NCBI RefSeq assembly: GCF_000281045.1
Contig: NW_008246069.1
Location: forward strand, 399,955 to 433,081
Direction of reading: 5' to 3'
DNA from: Saprolegnia diclina VS20
Lineage: Eukaryota
DNA: 33,127 nt
The notes under the pieces are model-generated. The model was not told the DNA's origin, made no database searches, and saw only the letters and a program-made list of their open reading frames with translations. Both the position numbers and the translations under genes were made by a program. Shown piece after piece: positions 1 to 11,474 of the stretch (positions are counted from its first letter, which is position 1; each line of letters begins with the position of its first letter).

Positions 1-660
1 TGCGGTGGTGGGCACCATCTATTTTTATTGTCTTTTGCATTTTTATAATTTTCGCCCTCCAAAGCTTATACTGTATTTGCGTCGCTTGCCGTTTGCCGAG
101 TCGCGAGGCCGTGCCCCGGGGCACACAGAATTTTTCCGCCCATAGAAAAAGACAAAAATGTCATGCAAACCAACGACAGAGAGGAAATAGCAAGTATCGC
201 AGGAGGTCCATTCTACTCGGCGGCGCTCTTTGTCTCTATTTAGAGGCGCTTGTGACTGACGCTGGACGCGGCCTAGCCATTTCTATGCAGCACGAGGACT
301 AGGGTAGTGGAGATTCGCAGATAGTACGAGTGCAGTCGGCTCGCTAGAGCCTTTGGCCTCTGGGTAGTGGATAGCCTCTGCATACACCATCTAACTACAT
401 GTAGTGTTTGGCTACTGAAGGACCTCTGAATGACCTCGGAAGGCCAAGAAGAGCGCCTGGATAGTGTTTGGAGTGACGACTTCGGCTCGCCTCTTGAGTT
501 GTAGCTCCTGGATTCAATTTTTGGATAGATATTTGGATAGCCTTTTGGATAGGCTTGGAGGGCCTTTTTGGATTTAGCAGCGTTGTCAAAGCAGTATATA
601 TATATGGTGCGGACGACATTATTGTCTTCATATGCATGCAGATGCGCCGTCGATATGGTC

Positions 661-1969
661 TTAGCCCAAGTGCACCTTGTCGTTTCGATCGACGTGGTCA
701 AAGGTAGTGCGCTTGCCGCGGGGGAATTCGCCGTTGAGCGTCTCCGTTGTCTAGGGCAATATTGTCATCAATCCATTGTTTTGTCGCTACAGCACCTTGT
801 CGATGTGGTAGTGGTCGAGCTTGACGCGCGACTCGTACGTCTTGGAGCCTTCGTCGCTGAGCGTGCTGCTCATCATCTTGTTGAAGTAGCCGTACGGCGT
901 GCTCTCAAACGTCCCGCTCGCATAGAGTTTTGTGTCGAGGTTGTCGGCGCGACCTAAGCTCTGTGTCTTGTGCTTGGCGCCCTCCAGTGCGTCGCTCCCA
1001 TCGTGTCGACCTTCGTTCGCAATGGCTTCCTACGCAGCGCTTTTCATTCGGCGCCAGCAACAGAGAAGAAGGGACCTCTTCGTCGCGGTTCCGGATGACG
1101 CGGAGGCTCGGGTCGTCGATCTTGGCCACGTGCTTGACGTACGTGTGGTCGTGCAGCGGGTCGTAGTCGCTCTCGATGATAATGTCGCGGAAGAGACAGC
1201 CTTTCTTGTTGGCCGCGTCCAAGAAGCGCTGGTACGCCTCTTGCTTGTGCTGGTTGAGCGCCTTGGGGTCCTGCATTTGCAAGGTACGACGACGTCGTAT
1301 CGAGAGGGTTGCTATACCATGGCGCGGACTTTGTCGTTGATGGGGACGTTGAGTTTGTTATACACTTTCTCCGTCCACTCGTCGTAGAGACGCAGCTTCT
1401 GCCGCTTCTCCGACTCTTCCTTGAGCACGAGGCGCTCTTCGAGCTCGGACGCGAGGGCCTTGCCTTCCTACAAGGAGAGAATCGTGGGCGCTGCGGAGCT
1501 TAGTAGGATCCCAGTACGTCAATCTCGCTGCGCAGACGTAGATACTTGGCTTCGCGCCGGTTGCGGTCCTTGGCCAAGTTGTCTGCGATTGTGAGCAGCA
1601 GCTTGCGCTGGAGCTCTTCCTGTTCTCTTTGGTACATCTCGTGCTTCATGTGCAGCCGCTTCTACAACCAGAACGAGGTTTGGGATAGCGATGAGATCGG
1701 ACTACGTACTTGGCGCGTCGCAGTCGAGACGTCGGACGTGCTGGTCGAGCCAAGACCACTCGCCTGAACAGCAGGCGGCATGACCACCAGTGAAGCGCAA
1801 CGTTAGTCGGGATCGTACCGACTTGGTCTTCTCAGGGCGCGACGAAGGACTAGAATGTTACTAGTGTTGCGACTAAAGCGACTCGACTGAAATACTACCT
1901 CCGACTGTTCTTGAGCGCATCTTGCTGGAGGTCTTCGAAGAACTCTTTGTGGTAGACGCGAATGCTCAT
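661..1969 (-). CDS. FAM228-like protein (multi-exon)
   Basis: Spliced model starts MSIRVYHKEFFEDLQQ (ATG 1969) and ends ..EFPRGKRTTFDHVDRNDKVHLG* (TAA 661-663). The core 'RQKLRLYDEWTEKVYNKLNVPINDKV...YQRFLDAANKKGCLFRDIIIESDYDPL' resembles the FAM228 W-T-x-x-V...NKKG...YDP pattern. Some middle exon boundaries are approximate. Confidence 0.6.
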
Positions 1970-2157
1970 GCTGCCCTCGATATCACGCTGACCCAAGAAT
2001 AGCTGGGAGCCGTTCCATCGACTGTGATGTCTACTCGAGAAGCAACAGTTAGTCGTTCTAGTGGTTGCGGCTGCTCTGCAGAGGCGACAGAATGTAATAT
2101 CGACACTGCATATATTGCCACTGGATCGACTAAGAGGCAATTATCGACTAATTAAAC

Positions 2158-4302
2158 TCAGCAAATGTCGCGCTTGAGGACGCGGGCAACGATGATGGTG
2201 ATGTCATCCGGCATGCCGCCGCCCCACATCTTGTCGTTCTCCTTTGCGAGGCGAGCAAACGGCGAGTCAATCGTGCGGTCGAGCGAGAGGTCGTAAGCAC
2301 GCTTGACGAGCTTCTTGGTCATCGCTTCGACTAGACACGCCGGCTTCAATACTGAAAAAAGCTGAACCAGGTACTACCTTCGGGCTCGGACGCGACGATC
2401 TCGAGCAGCTGGTCTTCGTTCTATACGACAATATTGTGCACAACTGAGAAGCGCCGCATAGACCGTAAGACACGTACGACATTGTCAAAGAGACCGTCCG
2501 TGGCCAGCACGATAAGGTCGCCCTCCATCACTGGCACCCGCAGGTTGACGGCCTCGGCCGGCGTCTCGAACAGCGGACCCGACCCCGACGGCATGTCCGG
2601 TCCCGGCTCATAGTACCCGAGCTATTTACCACGAATTCGAATGGACACTATGCAAGAAGATCGTCTCTACCTGGAACGGGCAGTTGAAGTAGTGGAGCTG
2701 CTGCGGCGACCGGTACGAGACGTGGGCGCCTTTGCGCCGCCCAGCAGGCGTGAGGTCGGTCTCCCGGTTCTCAAGCTTGCGCATAAGCGAGCCATCGAGC
2801 GTCCCGCGCATCTCGGCCGACTTGAGATCAGATTTCTACGTGGGGATTGAGTATGGATCGAACGTAGATCGTGGTGGCTGCATGCGTCTTGTACCTTGTC
2901 GCGAATGATGAGAAACCCTACACGCGATAAGCTCTCGACCGGATAGGATAGATAGGATAGAATACCCGAGTCGCCGAGGTTGACGGCGTAGAGCTCGCAC
3001 TGGCTCGGGTCAAGGCTCACAACACAAGCCGTCGCACTTCCGACGATTGCGTGCTAGTATCGGATGAGACATCGATGCAGCAGAACGAAGATCACTCACT
3101 TGGTTGACGCTTAGCCACGCGGCGTGGAGCACTTCAGATGGATGCACAAGGGCGTCTTTGGCCTCGGAGACGTGCGCGGCGGCCTGCGCCGCCTTCATGA
3201 GCTCGCGCGAGTACTAGACTCGAGTCAGATGCCTTGGGACCAATGTCCTGTTGGTCTACCTTGCCAGCCGAAATGCCTTGCTCAAACCATGACCCGACGC
3301 CGTCCGCGACACCAAAGCAGAGCACGTCGAGCGGCGTGGTCGCTGGCGCCGGTGTCGGCTCCGTGCCGATGAAATACGCATCTTCGCCGCCCGTGGCCAC
3401 CTTTTGCGGGTGCGGGATCGACATGGCAAACGCGTTCAAGTAGTATTGCGTGCACGGCGTCGGTTTGACGCTGGGCAAAACGCGTTAAATGCGCGAGGAA
3501 GAGAGATTGGGGTGGCGTACATGGCCGAGCTCGCAACCGACGTGTTCTTCGGCAGCCCCTTGCGCGGCAGAATCAGATGAATGTAGTCCGACTTGGCACT
3601 AGGCAAGACCATGCTTAGTCGCACGCGATGCGGTGACGATGTACCTGTGGGCTTCGCCGTCAGCTTGCGAGTCGGTGCTGGAAATAAGCGTAGCAATGTC
3701 TGGCCAAGGTCTTATCATGACGGATGCAATGGTATAGAACATACCTGCGAGGGAGATGATGCCGAGGAGGCTGTCGCCTGAAATGACGGGGAGCTCGCTG
3801 CGCCCGGACTGTGTCATGACTGCCCGGCACTAGCCGCAGAAGGTGCTTGTCGCGCTCGTTTACGACTAGTAGAGAAGAACATACCACCGTGAGCGGGTCT
3901 TCGGGCGTGACGTGGATGATGTCTTTGGTCGGCATCGCCGCGTCCTTGACCTATGAGGCGCGTGGGTTTGATCCATTGGCCACGCTATGTCGTTTGTACC
4001 GGGAGGTCCTTCCACGCCGCGCCTTGCTTGGCGATGCTCGAGATGATGTTGTTTTGCGTCAAGAGGCCGACGACCTTCTTCTCTTCGTCGACGACGATGA
4101 GCGTTGTCGAGTTGACGTGCGACGCCATCTTGTCGACGGCGGTCTGCAGCGTCGCGTTCTTCGTGATAATGCTCGTCGCCTGGTTGCGCGAGTTGACAGC
4201 AACCTTGAGCAGGTCTGAGGCCGACATGGTGCCATAGCGGCGGAAGTTACGGCGCGGGCCAGCGCGGGCCATGGCCACGACCGAGGACGTCCATCGCAGC
4301 AT
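2158..4302 (-). CDS. CBS-domain pair + PTC7-type PP2C protein phosphatase, putative mitochondrial presequence
   Basis: PP2C/PTC7 motifs: [85 protein letters not shown] motifs: [15 protein letters not shown] and [19 protein letters not shown]. Introns 3951-3999, 3830-3884, 3700-3744, 3599-3644 and 3471-3520 join both parts in frame. The N-terminus [22 protein letters not shown] is Arg-rich with no acidic residues. Confidence 0.85.
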
Positions 4303-4384
4303 CTCCTCGTGTGGGCAACGGACTACGACCGAGGGATGTCGGATTTTAGCCAATGGCATCGGGCGTTACACATCGCGCGTCGTA

Positions 4385-4393
4385 TGATTGGTC
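4385..4393 (-). promoter_or_regulatory. CCAAT box (GACCAATCA) upstream of the CBS-PTC7 gene
   Basis: TGATTGGTC on the + strand, about 85 nt upstream of ATG 4302. Confidence 0.4.
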
Positions 4394-5184
4394 ATAACGG
4401 GATGCAATGCCAAACGACCCGACAGCCCAAGGTACTTGTGCGACAGCGCGGGGCAAAGACGGCTGCCCACGGTCGTCGCTGGCCACGCCGCCGCGAGCAG
4501 CTGACCCGAGCTGCATTCCTCTGCCCATGGAGGCGGGGCGCCGAGGTGCCCTCCTCGGCAGCGTGGTCACCCTGCATGGCGATCGATGATCACTGCCACC
4601 CATGGCCACAAGAATGAGCGCAGCGGCGCACTGGAAACGCGCACGGCTGCAGATCCCGACCAAGGTCTTGGGTGCGCGTCTTGGTCTGTTCAACGTCGGA
4701 CGGGGCGCCGGCGATGAGCAACGAAAGGACGCTGTCGACGTGCGTCGCTGCGTAGACTAGAGCAATCCCGCTGTAGCTTGGAACACGCGTAGCCGAGGAT
4801 TACAGCCCGCTCGCCTTGACGCAAAAACGATGCAAAGTTATGGATACGAGCTCGTACTCGAGGTCTATGGGACGTGGACAACGACGACGATCCTGTTGGG
4901 TGGAGGTAGTCGCATGCAGTGGGCAGTCGTTGCAAAGGCGTTCGACTCGCTCCATCGCATTGCCACGGGATCTACACTGGAATGTCCTTCAAGAAGCCGC
5001 GACAAGGAACCGTAAAGCCCTCATTGCGCTTTGCGTCAAGAAGCTGCAAGTACAGAGACATGATGTTGACCGGAAATGGCACTGTTGTAATTGGAGTAGA
5101 ATTAGTCGACGACTAACTTAAAGGCTCGAGCCAGAGCCAGACGCGTGGAATAGGTTGAGCACGCTGGCTTGGTAAAATCGAATG

Positions 5185-6398
5185 GCCATCAACCCATAGC
5201 GATCGAGAGGGCGCACGCGAGCGCTCTGCATGTCCGAGACGATGTCTACAGCCACGTCATACAACCAACGGAGTTGACTTGGTGTACCACAAACGCGCTA
5301 ATACAGAGGTATTGCCTTCAAAATCGACCCACACAGCAATAAAGGGAGGGTTACCTGGTTCGCGTGGCCGCCCCAGTCCAAGACACGCGCGAGGTCGTTG
5401 CCGGTACCGAGCGGCGGACCGCGACATCAGGCTGACGAAAGCCGCACGCCTTCGAGCACCTATCACGAGTTCACACAAGGAAGCTTGACATGGATCCAGG
5501 GATGCTAGTCGAACGCACCCAGCCACGGTGTCGTCGCCACCGCACACGAGAATCTTGAGGTTCTTCACGTGGCGGAACTGGATCAAGGCGAAGCGTTCAG
5601 GCGGCAAATCTAGACTGCAACAACGTTGGAGTGATCGGACACGAGAGATGCACTCGACCTGGATCGGGTTGAGCCGGTTGAGAAACGCGCTTTCGATGCC
5701 GGCGCCCAGCTGACCGCCGCTGCCGAAATTGAAAGACACTACACACCACGATAGAGCGTCGATTCGAGACGTACAGGTCGTATACCCAGCGACCCGCTGA
5801 TAGCGAATGGCAGCATACGGTCAATGCCCTTGACGTTTTCACGCTGCTTGCGCATCGCACTTTTTCCGCCCAAGCATATATGAACGTGTTTCGCGTTATC
5901 TTCATAGTTATACAAAGACTTCGCATACGTAGAGACTAGCAATCTCCTTCTTCTTCATTCGCTCGCCGGTCCGTGGCTGCGCAGGCGGCGGCGCGGGGGC
6001 TCGTCTGGCTCTTCTGTCGTCGCCCTACGACGCTTGTGGCCGCGGGTGAGCCCAAGCATGCTAAATCAAATCGTGTGAGATGGCGCCAGCGAGCACGACG
6101 GGGATACGTACCGCGTAATCGTCTCGAGGTGGGTTTCCGACGGCTTGGGTTGAGCGCTGACGCACGTCGGCGGTAGCACGAGGCTCTTGTCGCCACCGAA
6201 GTCGCATTTGGTGTCCCGCGCGCTCCCAAAGCAGTGCTTGTGCACGCGACGATACCACCACGTGCACTGTTGGACGTCAACCTCGTGGACATTCCAGCAT
6301 GGTGAGGACGACGAACCAAAGTAGCTGTTGAAGACACCATGCTTGGGCCAGCGATCGAAGGGCGTGCGGCCTTGCGTTGGCGCGAGCGCACGGTGCAG
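5185..6398 (-). pseudogene. Decayed diacylglycerol kinase (C1 domain and DAGK catalytic remnants)
   Basis: Motifs occur in DGK order: degenerate C1 'CTWWYRRVHKHC...KCDFGGDKSLVLPPTCV' (~6160-6270), 'NFGSGGQLG...LNPIQV', 'LKILVCGGDDTV' (GGDGT mutated), 'PDVAV/PLGTGNDLARVLDWGG' with a 1-nt frameshift near 5415, and 'ARVRPLDRY' (~5200). No accessory domain is recognisable after this. Confidence 0.8.
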
Positions 6399-6881
6399 CT
6401 ACCAGTTGTCATTCGTACGCAAGCCAAGGAGTCATTGGATATCGTACCTAGAAGCCATCTAGCTGACTTGGTCGACGCGCCAGTGGTGGCGGTCTATGAC
6501 GCAGGGGCCCTCTTGAGGTCATGGTCCGCAGAGGTCGCCGGCGAAGACGCCTTCGTCTTCGCCGGCACACGGGTCGAGTATGGAGGCTGGGATGCGAGCG
6601 GACGAACTGCAAAATGAAGTGTTCTTTGCCCTCCGCTTCCTATCCGGAAGATCCCAAGATGGACGGCTGAGTTGAAGGTGGCGTCCGCAGGCCGTCGTAC
6701 GAACGCAAGGCGCAAGGAAGGCTTATCAACCACCTTAGTAGAAATATTTTACGAGGCCACAGCGAGTGCTACTAGCACCATCAAGGTGTGTACTTGCGGG
6801 TGAGTCGCACTGTGTGATTGATGATGGACTTGGAGTTGCCTCGTGGCTGCACCAAGATCGCAAGGCGGGCTCCAAAACGAG

Positions 6882-6949
6882 CCAATCCGCATGCGCGCCA
6901 TCATTTAAATCCACCAATCGTTTGTCATCATGTCATCTTTTCAACCAAT
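6882..6949 (+). promoter_or_regulatory. Three CCAAT boxes spaced 32 and 31 nt apart
   Basis: CCAAT at 6882, 6914 and 6945, each followed by C. Confidence 0.4.
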
Positions 6950-7101
6950 CAACACACAACGCTGGAGATGCAGCGCCTGACCCTGGCGCCCCGAGCACAT
7001 CCCATATGACTACGGCATGTAAACTGACGCTAGCCCCACTTTATTGCACAATATACCTCCACATAGTGTCATAATCGTATGCAAAATTGTCGTTCATTCT
7101 C

Positions 7102-7690
7102 TCAAAAATCCAACAGCGCCGCGTCCGTGTCAAGAACGTACTCGTGGATCTTGGTTTCATCGGCCGCAAAGTCAAACTGACCAATGATGTTGCGCCCTGC
7201 GAGGACAGACGGGAGCCAAAACTTGTCGTCGGCCCACATATCGTCGTACGGGATCGCATCGTACGTGTACCATTGCGGGCGCATTTCCTCCGACTCGGTC
7301 GGCACGCCTTCAAACTTGGTCACTTGGTAGACGTGAACGTGCTACAGAGTTTTAGTCGACTGGCAATAGTCCGTATCGTACCAGCACTTCGGGCTTGTTG
7401 GTGAACGTAAAGAGGAGCGTACCCTTCTTCTCCATGTATTTGCCGTGCACGAGGACGTTGGCCTCTTCATTCATTTCGCGCGCGGCAGCGTCGGCGACCG
7501 TCGCGTCCGTCGCTTCGACCTTGCCACCAAAGCCGTTCCACTTGCCTTGGCCAAACCCGCGCTTCTTCATCCCAAGGAGCACTTCGTTCGCACCGTCTTC
7601 ATGCGTACGGAGGAGGAAGGCGAGCGTGTAGTGCTTGATCTTGGCGGCAGCTTGCAACGTCTCGGTCACTCGGAGGGCAGCACTCGGCAT
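7102..7690 (-). CDS. NUDT1: MTH1/NUDT1-like oxidized purine nucleoside triphosphatase, copy 1 (182 aa, intron 7342-7381)
   Basis: YTLAFL, VLLGMKKRGFGQGKWNGFGGKVE, Nudix box AAAREMNEEAN, ESEEMRPQWY, IPYDDMWADDKFWLP. Confidence 0.92.
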
Positions 7691-8220
7691 GTCTGAATCG
7701 GTCGAATTCTAAAATGATTTTTAAAGTAAAAATGGGAGACGCCAGCGAGGACGTGCCAGCTGGGTTGCGAGCCCCTTGACAATGCAGGTCCAAAGTACGC
7801 AATGATTGTCGTTCGGTGGCGTTTCGCAAGCAATGGACGGCTGCGACCGCCAGGTCTGGGACACGGAGAGCCGCACGTTTCAACTTCATCCATTGCGCAC
7901 CCGAATTGCCCGCACTTCTTGAACTACTATATTTACAAGGGATGTGCATGATCAGTATACACATTGAACGGTCCCGGATGCCGCGTGAACGCAGATGATG
8001 ATCGCGCCCTATTTCCGCAGTGCCATGCTCCAAGATGACTTGACTTTGGAGCTGCATTTGGTGGTGCAGCGGAGAGCTCTTGATCACTCTACTGTATCTA
8101 CTTCGTACCCAGTACCAGGTACCGGTAGTGCTGTAGTGCTAAATGTTGGGCGTTGAAAGGTTAAGACGCTTAGCATTGCTTATGAGAACACTCAACGCTA
8201 GACAATATAATCCTTTCTTC

Positions 8221-8794
8221 CTAGTCCTCATCAACAATGTCCAAAGTCGAGTCGAGAATGGTCACTTCGTCTTCGGCAAAGTCAAATTGCCCAAAGACGC
8301 GATGACCCGCGAGCACGGACGGAAGCCAGAACTGCTCGTCGGCCCACATGTCGTTGTACGGGATCGCATCGCAGGGAAACCACGCGGGGCGCATCTCGTC
8401 GGACTCGGACGGGTCGCCGTGAAACGTCGTCACAGTGTAGACGTGCATATGCTATCAAATCGAGTCGTCTCAGTTGCAATAGACAATAATGTACCATGAT
8501 TTGGGGGCGGTCCGTAAACGTGTAGAGGAGCGTGCCCATCGAGTGCATGTTGTCGCCTGATACGACAATGTTGGCTTCTTCCATGAGCTCGCGCGCGGCC
8601 GCATCGGCAACGCTCTTGTCCGATGGTTCGATTTTGCCGCCAAAACCAATCGTTTTGCCAAGGCCAAAGCCGCGTTTCTTGGTGCCGAGGAGAATCTCAC
8701 GCTCGCCTTGCCTGTTGGTGCGAAGGACAAAGGCCAGCGTATACGCCTTGACATCGGCCGCAGAGGCGAGCGTCGCTTGCACTTTTGCTGCCAT
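8221..8794 (-). CDS. MTH1/NUDT1-like Nudix hydrolase, divergent copy 2 (176 aa, intron 8452-8494)
   Basis: LLGTKKRGFGLGKTIGFGGKIE, AAARELMEEAN, ESDEMRPAWF, IPYNDMWADEQFWLP. The intron has the same position and phase as in copy 1. Confidence 0.9.
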
Positions 8795-8853
8795 CGAGAT
8801 GGGAAATTGAAAACTGTCGCCAAGACAATTTCAAAAGTTTTCGAAATTATTTG

Positions 8854-8860
8854 AAAATGA
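8854..8860 (-). promoter_or_regulatory. Oomycete initiator-like TCATTTT upstream of Nudix copy 2 (same element at 7711-7717 for copy 1)
   Basis: Matches the YCAYTYY initiator consensus, in AT-rich sequence 20-65 nt upstream of both Nudix ATGs. Confidence 0.4.
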
Positions 8861-9464
8861 AGTGCACCTGGGAGAGAGCGAAGTGTCGACGGTAGCAGTG
8901 AGCCAAGCTGGGCGGAGCACAAGACGAAGCAAGCAGCGCTACCCGCGCTCGAGATAATTGTCAACCACGCGTGTCTTCAGTATGTGGCAGGCGCGTGGTC
9001 ATGTGACGAACGCTGTCGTTGAAGGTGGCTGCACGTGGCACGTCCCAAAATGGAGCTTCTGGCCCATCTTATCGCAGGAGACGACGTGAGGGGCTTCGAT
9101 TGCCACAGCGCTTTGGCCCACAACCCGGTGACTTTGAGGGTCCGCTATAGGCTTCAGTTGGATGGACCAAGCCCAATGCCGACCACATCTTGCAGGCCGC
9201 GATGGCCCCGGATGTCCCGTCTGCACAATGGTCTTTGGACGTCGTCCGGCTCCTCCATACCGAACCGAAGGACACGCCATTTCCTCTTTCTTCCTTTTCA
9301 CCAAGTGTATTTGTGTGTTTTGGCCGAAGTTTGTTTGTTAACACATTTGCTTCCTCGAAAGTGCCATTGCCAGTGGCCATTCGAAGATTGTCCGCTTCCT
9401 CATTGACCAGCGGACCGAAGGCGCATCGCCCAATGTCAACCGCGCGGCCGCGAATAGTCGTCTA

Positions 9465-10200
9465 GTAAATGGAATCGGCTCGTTTCGCTGCACGGCCCAA
9501 GCTGTCGACAAGGCCGCCTGGTCCACGCCACGCATCGCGTTCGACCTTTGCGGCGTTGCGCGCTGCGTGGCTGTGCAGCTGCGGTGGGATTAAGTTCCAC
9601 TGCAGGTCTTTCACAAAATGTAAATAAGTTCGACAACAAAGACGACGACGGCACACTGTCTTTCTATCGGGATAAATAGGCTTCCATCATTGACGTCGGC
9701 GGCGATTACACTTTGCCGCAAAGTACCTCTTGTCACATGGAGCTCTCGCACAGGTTTCCGTTCCCAAACTCGAAGATCCGTGATTGGTGTCGCTCAGCTG
9801 TATTTGGACAACGGCGGCACGTTGGACAAAAGCGCCATGCTGTATGCCTGCGCGGGTAGCAACATGACCTACCGCTCATTCAGCTCTTGTATGAGCATCA
9901 GAACGCATATGGTCGCTTCGGCCCGGACGCGATCGCAATGGCGATCGAGAACCCGGCGTGAGACGTCGTCCCCTTTCTCGTGGCTCACGGCACGACCGAC
10001 GACTTGGCGCTCGCCAGAGACCTCCTCGATCTCGCGATTCAACTGCTTCAACGGCACCATGAGCTCAGCTATGACAAGCTCCTACGCGTGGCTCTTCAAA
10101 GCGGCAACGTCGAGGCGATACGCTACCTCTTTTCGCTCGATATTGGCAAGCCGCGCGAGTGCCCCGGGAGCTTGCTGGTCGTCGAGCGCACGTGAGTGAG
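9465..10200 (+). pseudogene. Degenerate ankyrin-like repeat protein relic
   Basis: Fragments in different frames separated by stops: 'FRCTAQAVDKAAW', 'VAQLYLDNGGTLDKSAMLYACAGSN', 'LLRVALQSGNVEAIRYLFS'. Confidence 0.45.
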
Positions 10201-11474
10201 AGCACGTTTTTGCTACCGTATGTACCCGACCGACCATCTCGACACGTTCTCTTTCATCTCAACCTCCACGCGCTGCCCGACCGCCGCCAAGCGACGACAC
10301 TCCAGTTGATCACAATGGAGCTCAAAGACCAAGGACAACACGCTAGCCAAAGCATCAAGCTCCGCCCATTGTGGCAGTTCGAGCGACAACGCTACTGGAG
10401 GCGGGCGAGATTGTCGACTGGGCGCTGGCCCTGGTCGTTTGCCATCTTTATGCAACCGATGCGATGACACCTTGGAGCAAAGCGTAACCAAGACAGCTTT
10501 GGTCCACGAAGCTGAACTTCGGACGCAGCTCCACCGTTTGCTCAACCTTAAAAGAAGAGGAAGTCAAGAACTAGGAAGAGCTTGATATGATATAACATGA
10601 CGTCATTTGTCTCGTACGCTCAATACTCTTGTGAGCTCAATGCCATCTCTCAACCGCGCTACCGGCAACAGTCGCAATATGGTTGGGAGTACACCTCCAC
10701 CACATCAACTCGCTCGCGGTTTTTACGGCGCCGTCGATCGAGCTGCTTGCGAGTGCCGCTTTTCGTCTGCCAGTTGCCAGAAGGTCGTTGCCTGCTCACG
10801 TATGCGCCATATCCGGTATCAACCGACGACAAGCTATCCGCACTCTCTCCTTGGGTACGCGCTTACCTATCTGCGAGGCGGACTGGTTTCTCAGCAAATC
10901 GACTGTCGGACAATCCGGGCTTCGTTCTCCTCGCGGCTGCGCTTCCGATCTCCGCGCTTTCTCGCGTGTCCAACAGCCCATGCATTCGCCAAACTTTCCT
11001 GTCGTGGGGGCTTGCCATCGTCGTTCCAACGGCAAATCGCACCGACGCCATACGTCTCGTCTCTGTATGGTTTGTATCACAAGATACACGAGCTGAATGG
11101 GACAAGCGACGATGGGCGCGCAGGACGCGTTTTGCTGCCGCCTTTTCGCTACAAGTCCTAGCTGTAGCACAACTACAAGCACACACCAAGCGGCAAGCAT
11201 TATCTCGCAAGATGAGGAGACGCATCGAACGCACACGAACGACGTCAATCGCCACCGTCACCTGTTGAAGCACCACGTTGAAGTGTATATTTCTATGTCT
11301 ACCCATCCAATTATTTTGATTTCACATACAATGCTCAAGTATATTTAAAAAAAAAGCGCAATTCTACGATCGAACCTGTAACGAAATCCCGCCACTGTCG
11401 CAAAGTGCCTGAGAGACACCTGCTGCGCTTCCAACGACCCTTTCCCCGTGCACAGAATCCAATTGCACTTGAGC

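Noticed and set aside
273..701. 142-aa minus ORF with a YPKGYPNIYPK repeat (TTTGGATAG x3 at ~520-552)
   Set aside because: Low-complexity sequence downstream of the FAM228-like stop, with atypical codon usage.
10597..11348. Several overlapping 130-220 aa ORFs followed by an A9 tract at ~11347
   Set aside because: No recognisable domain or codon bias; not enough to call a gene or retrocopy.
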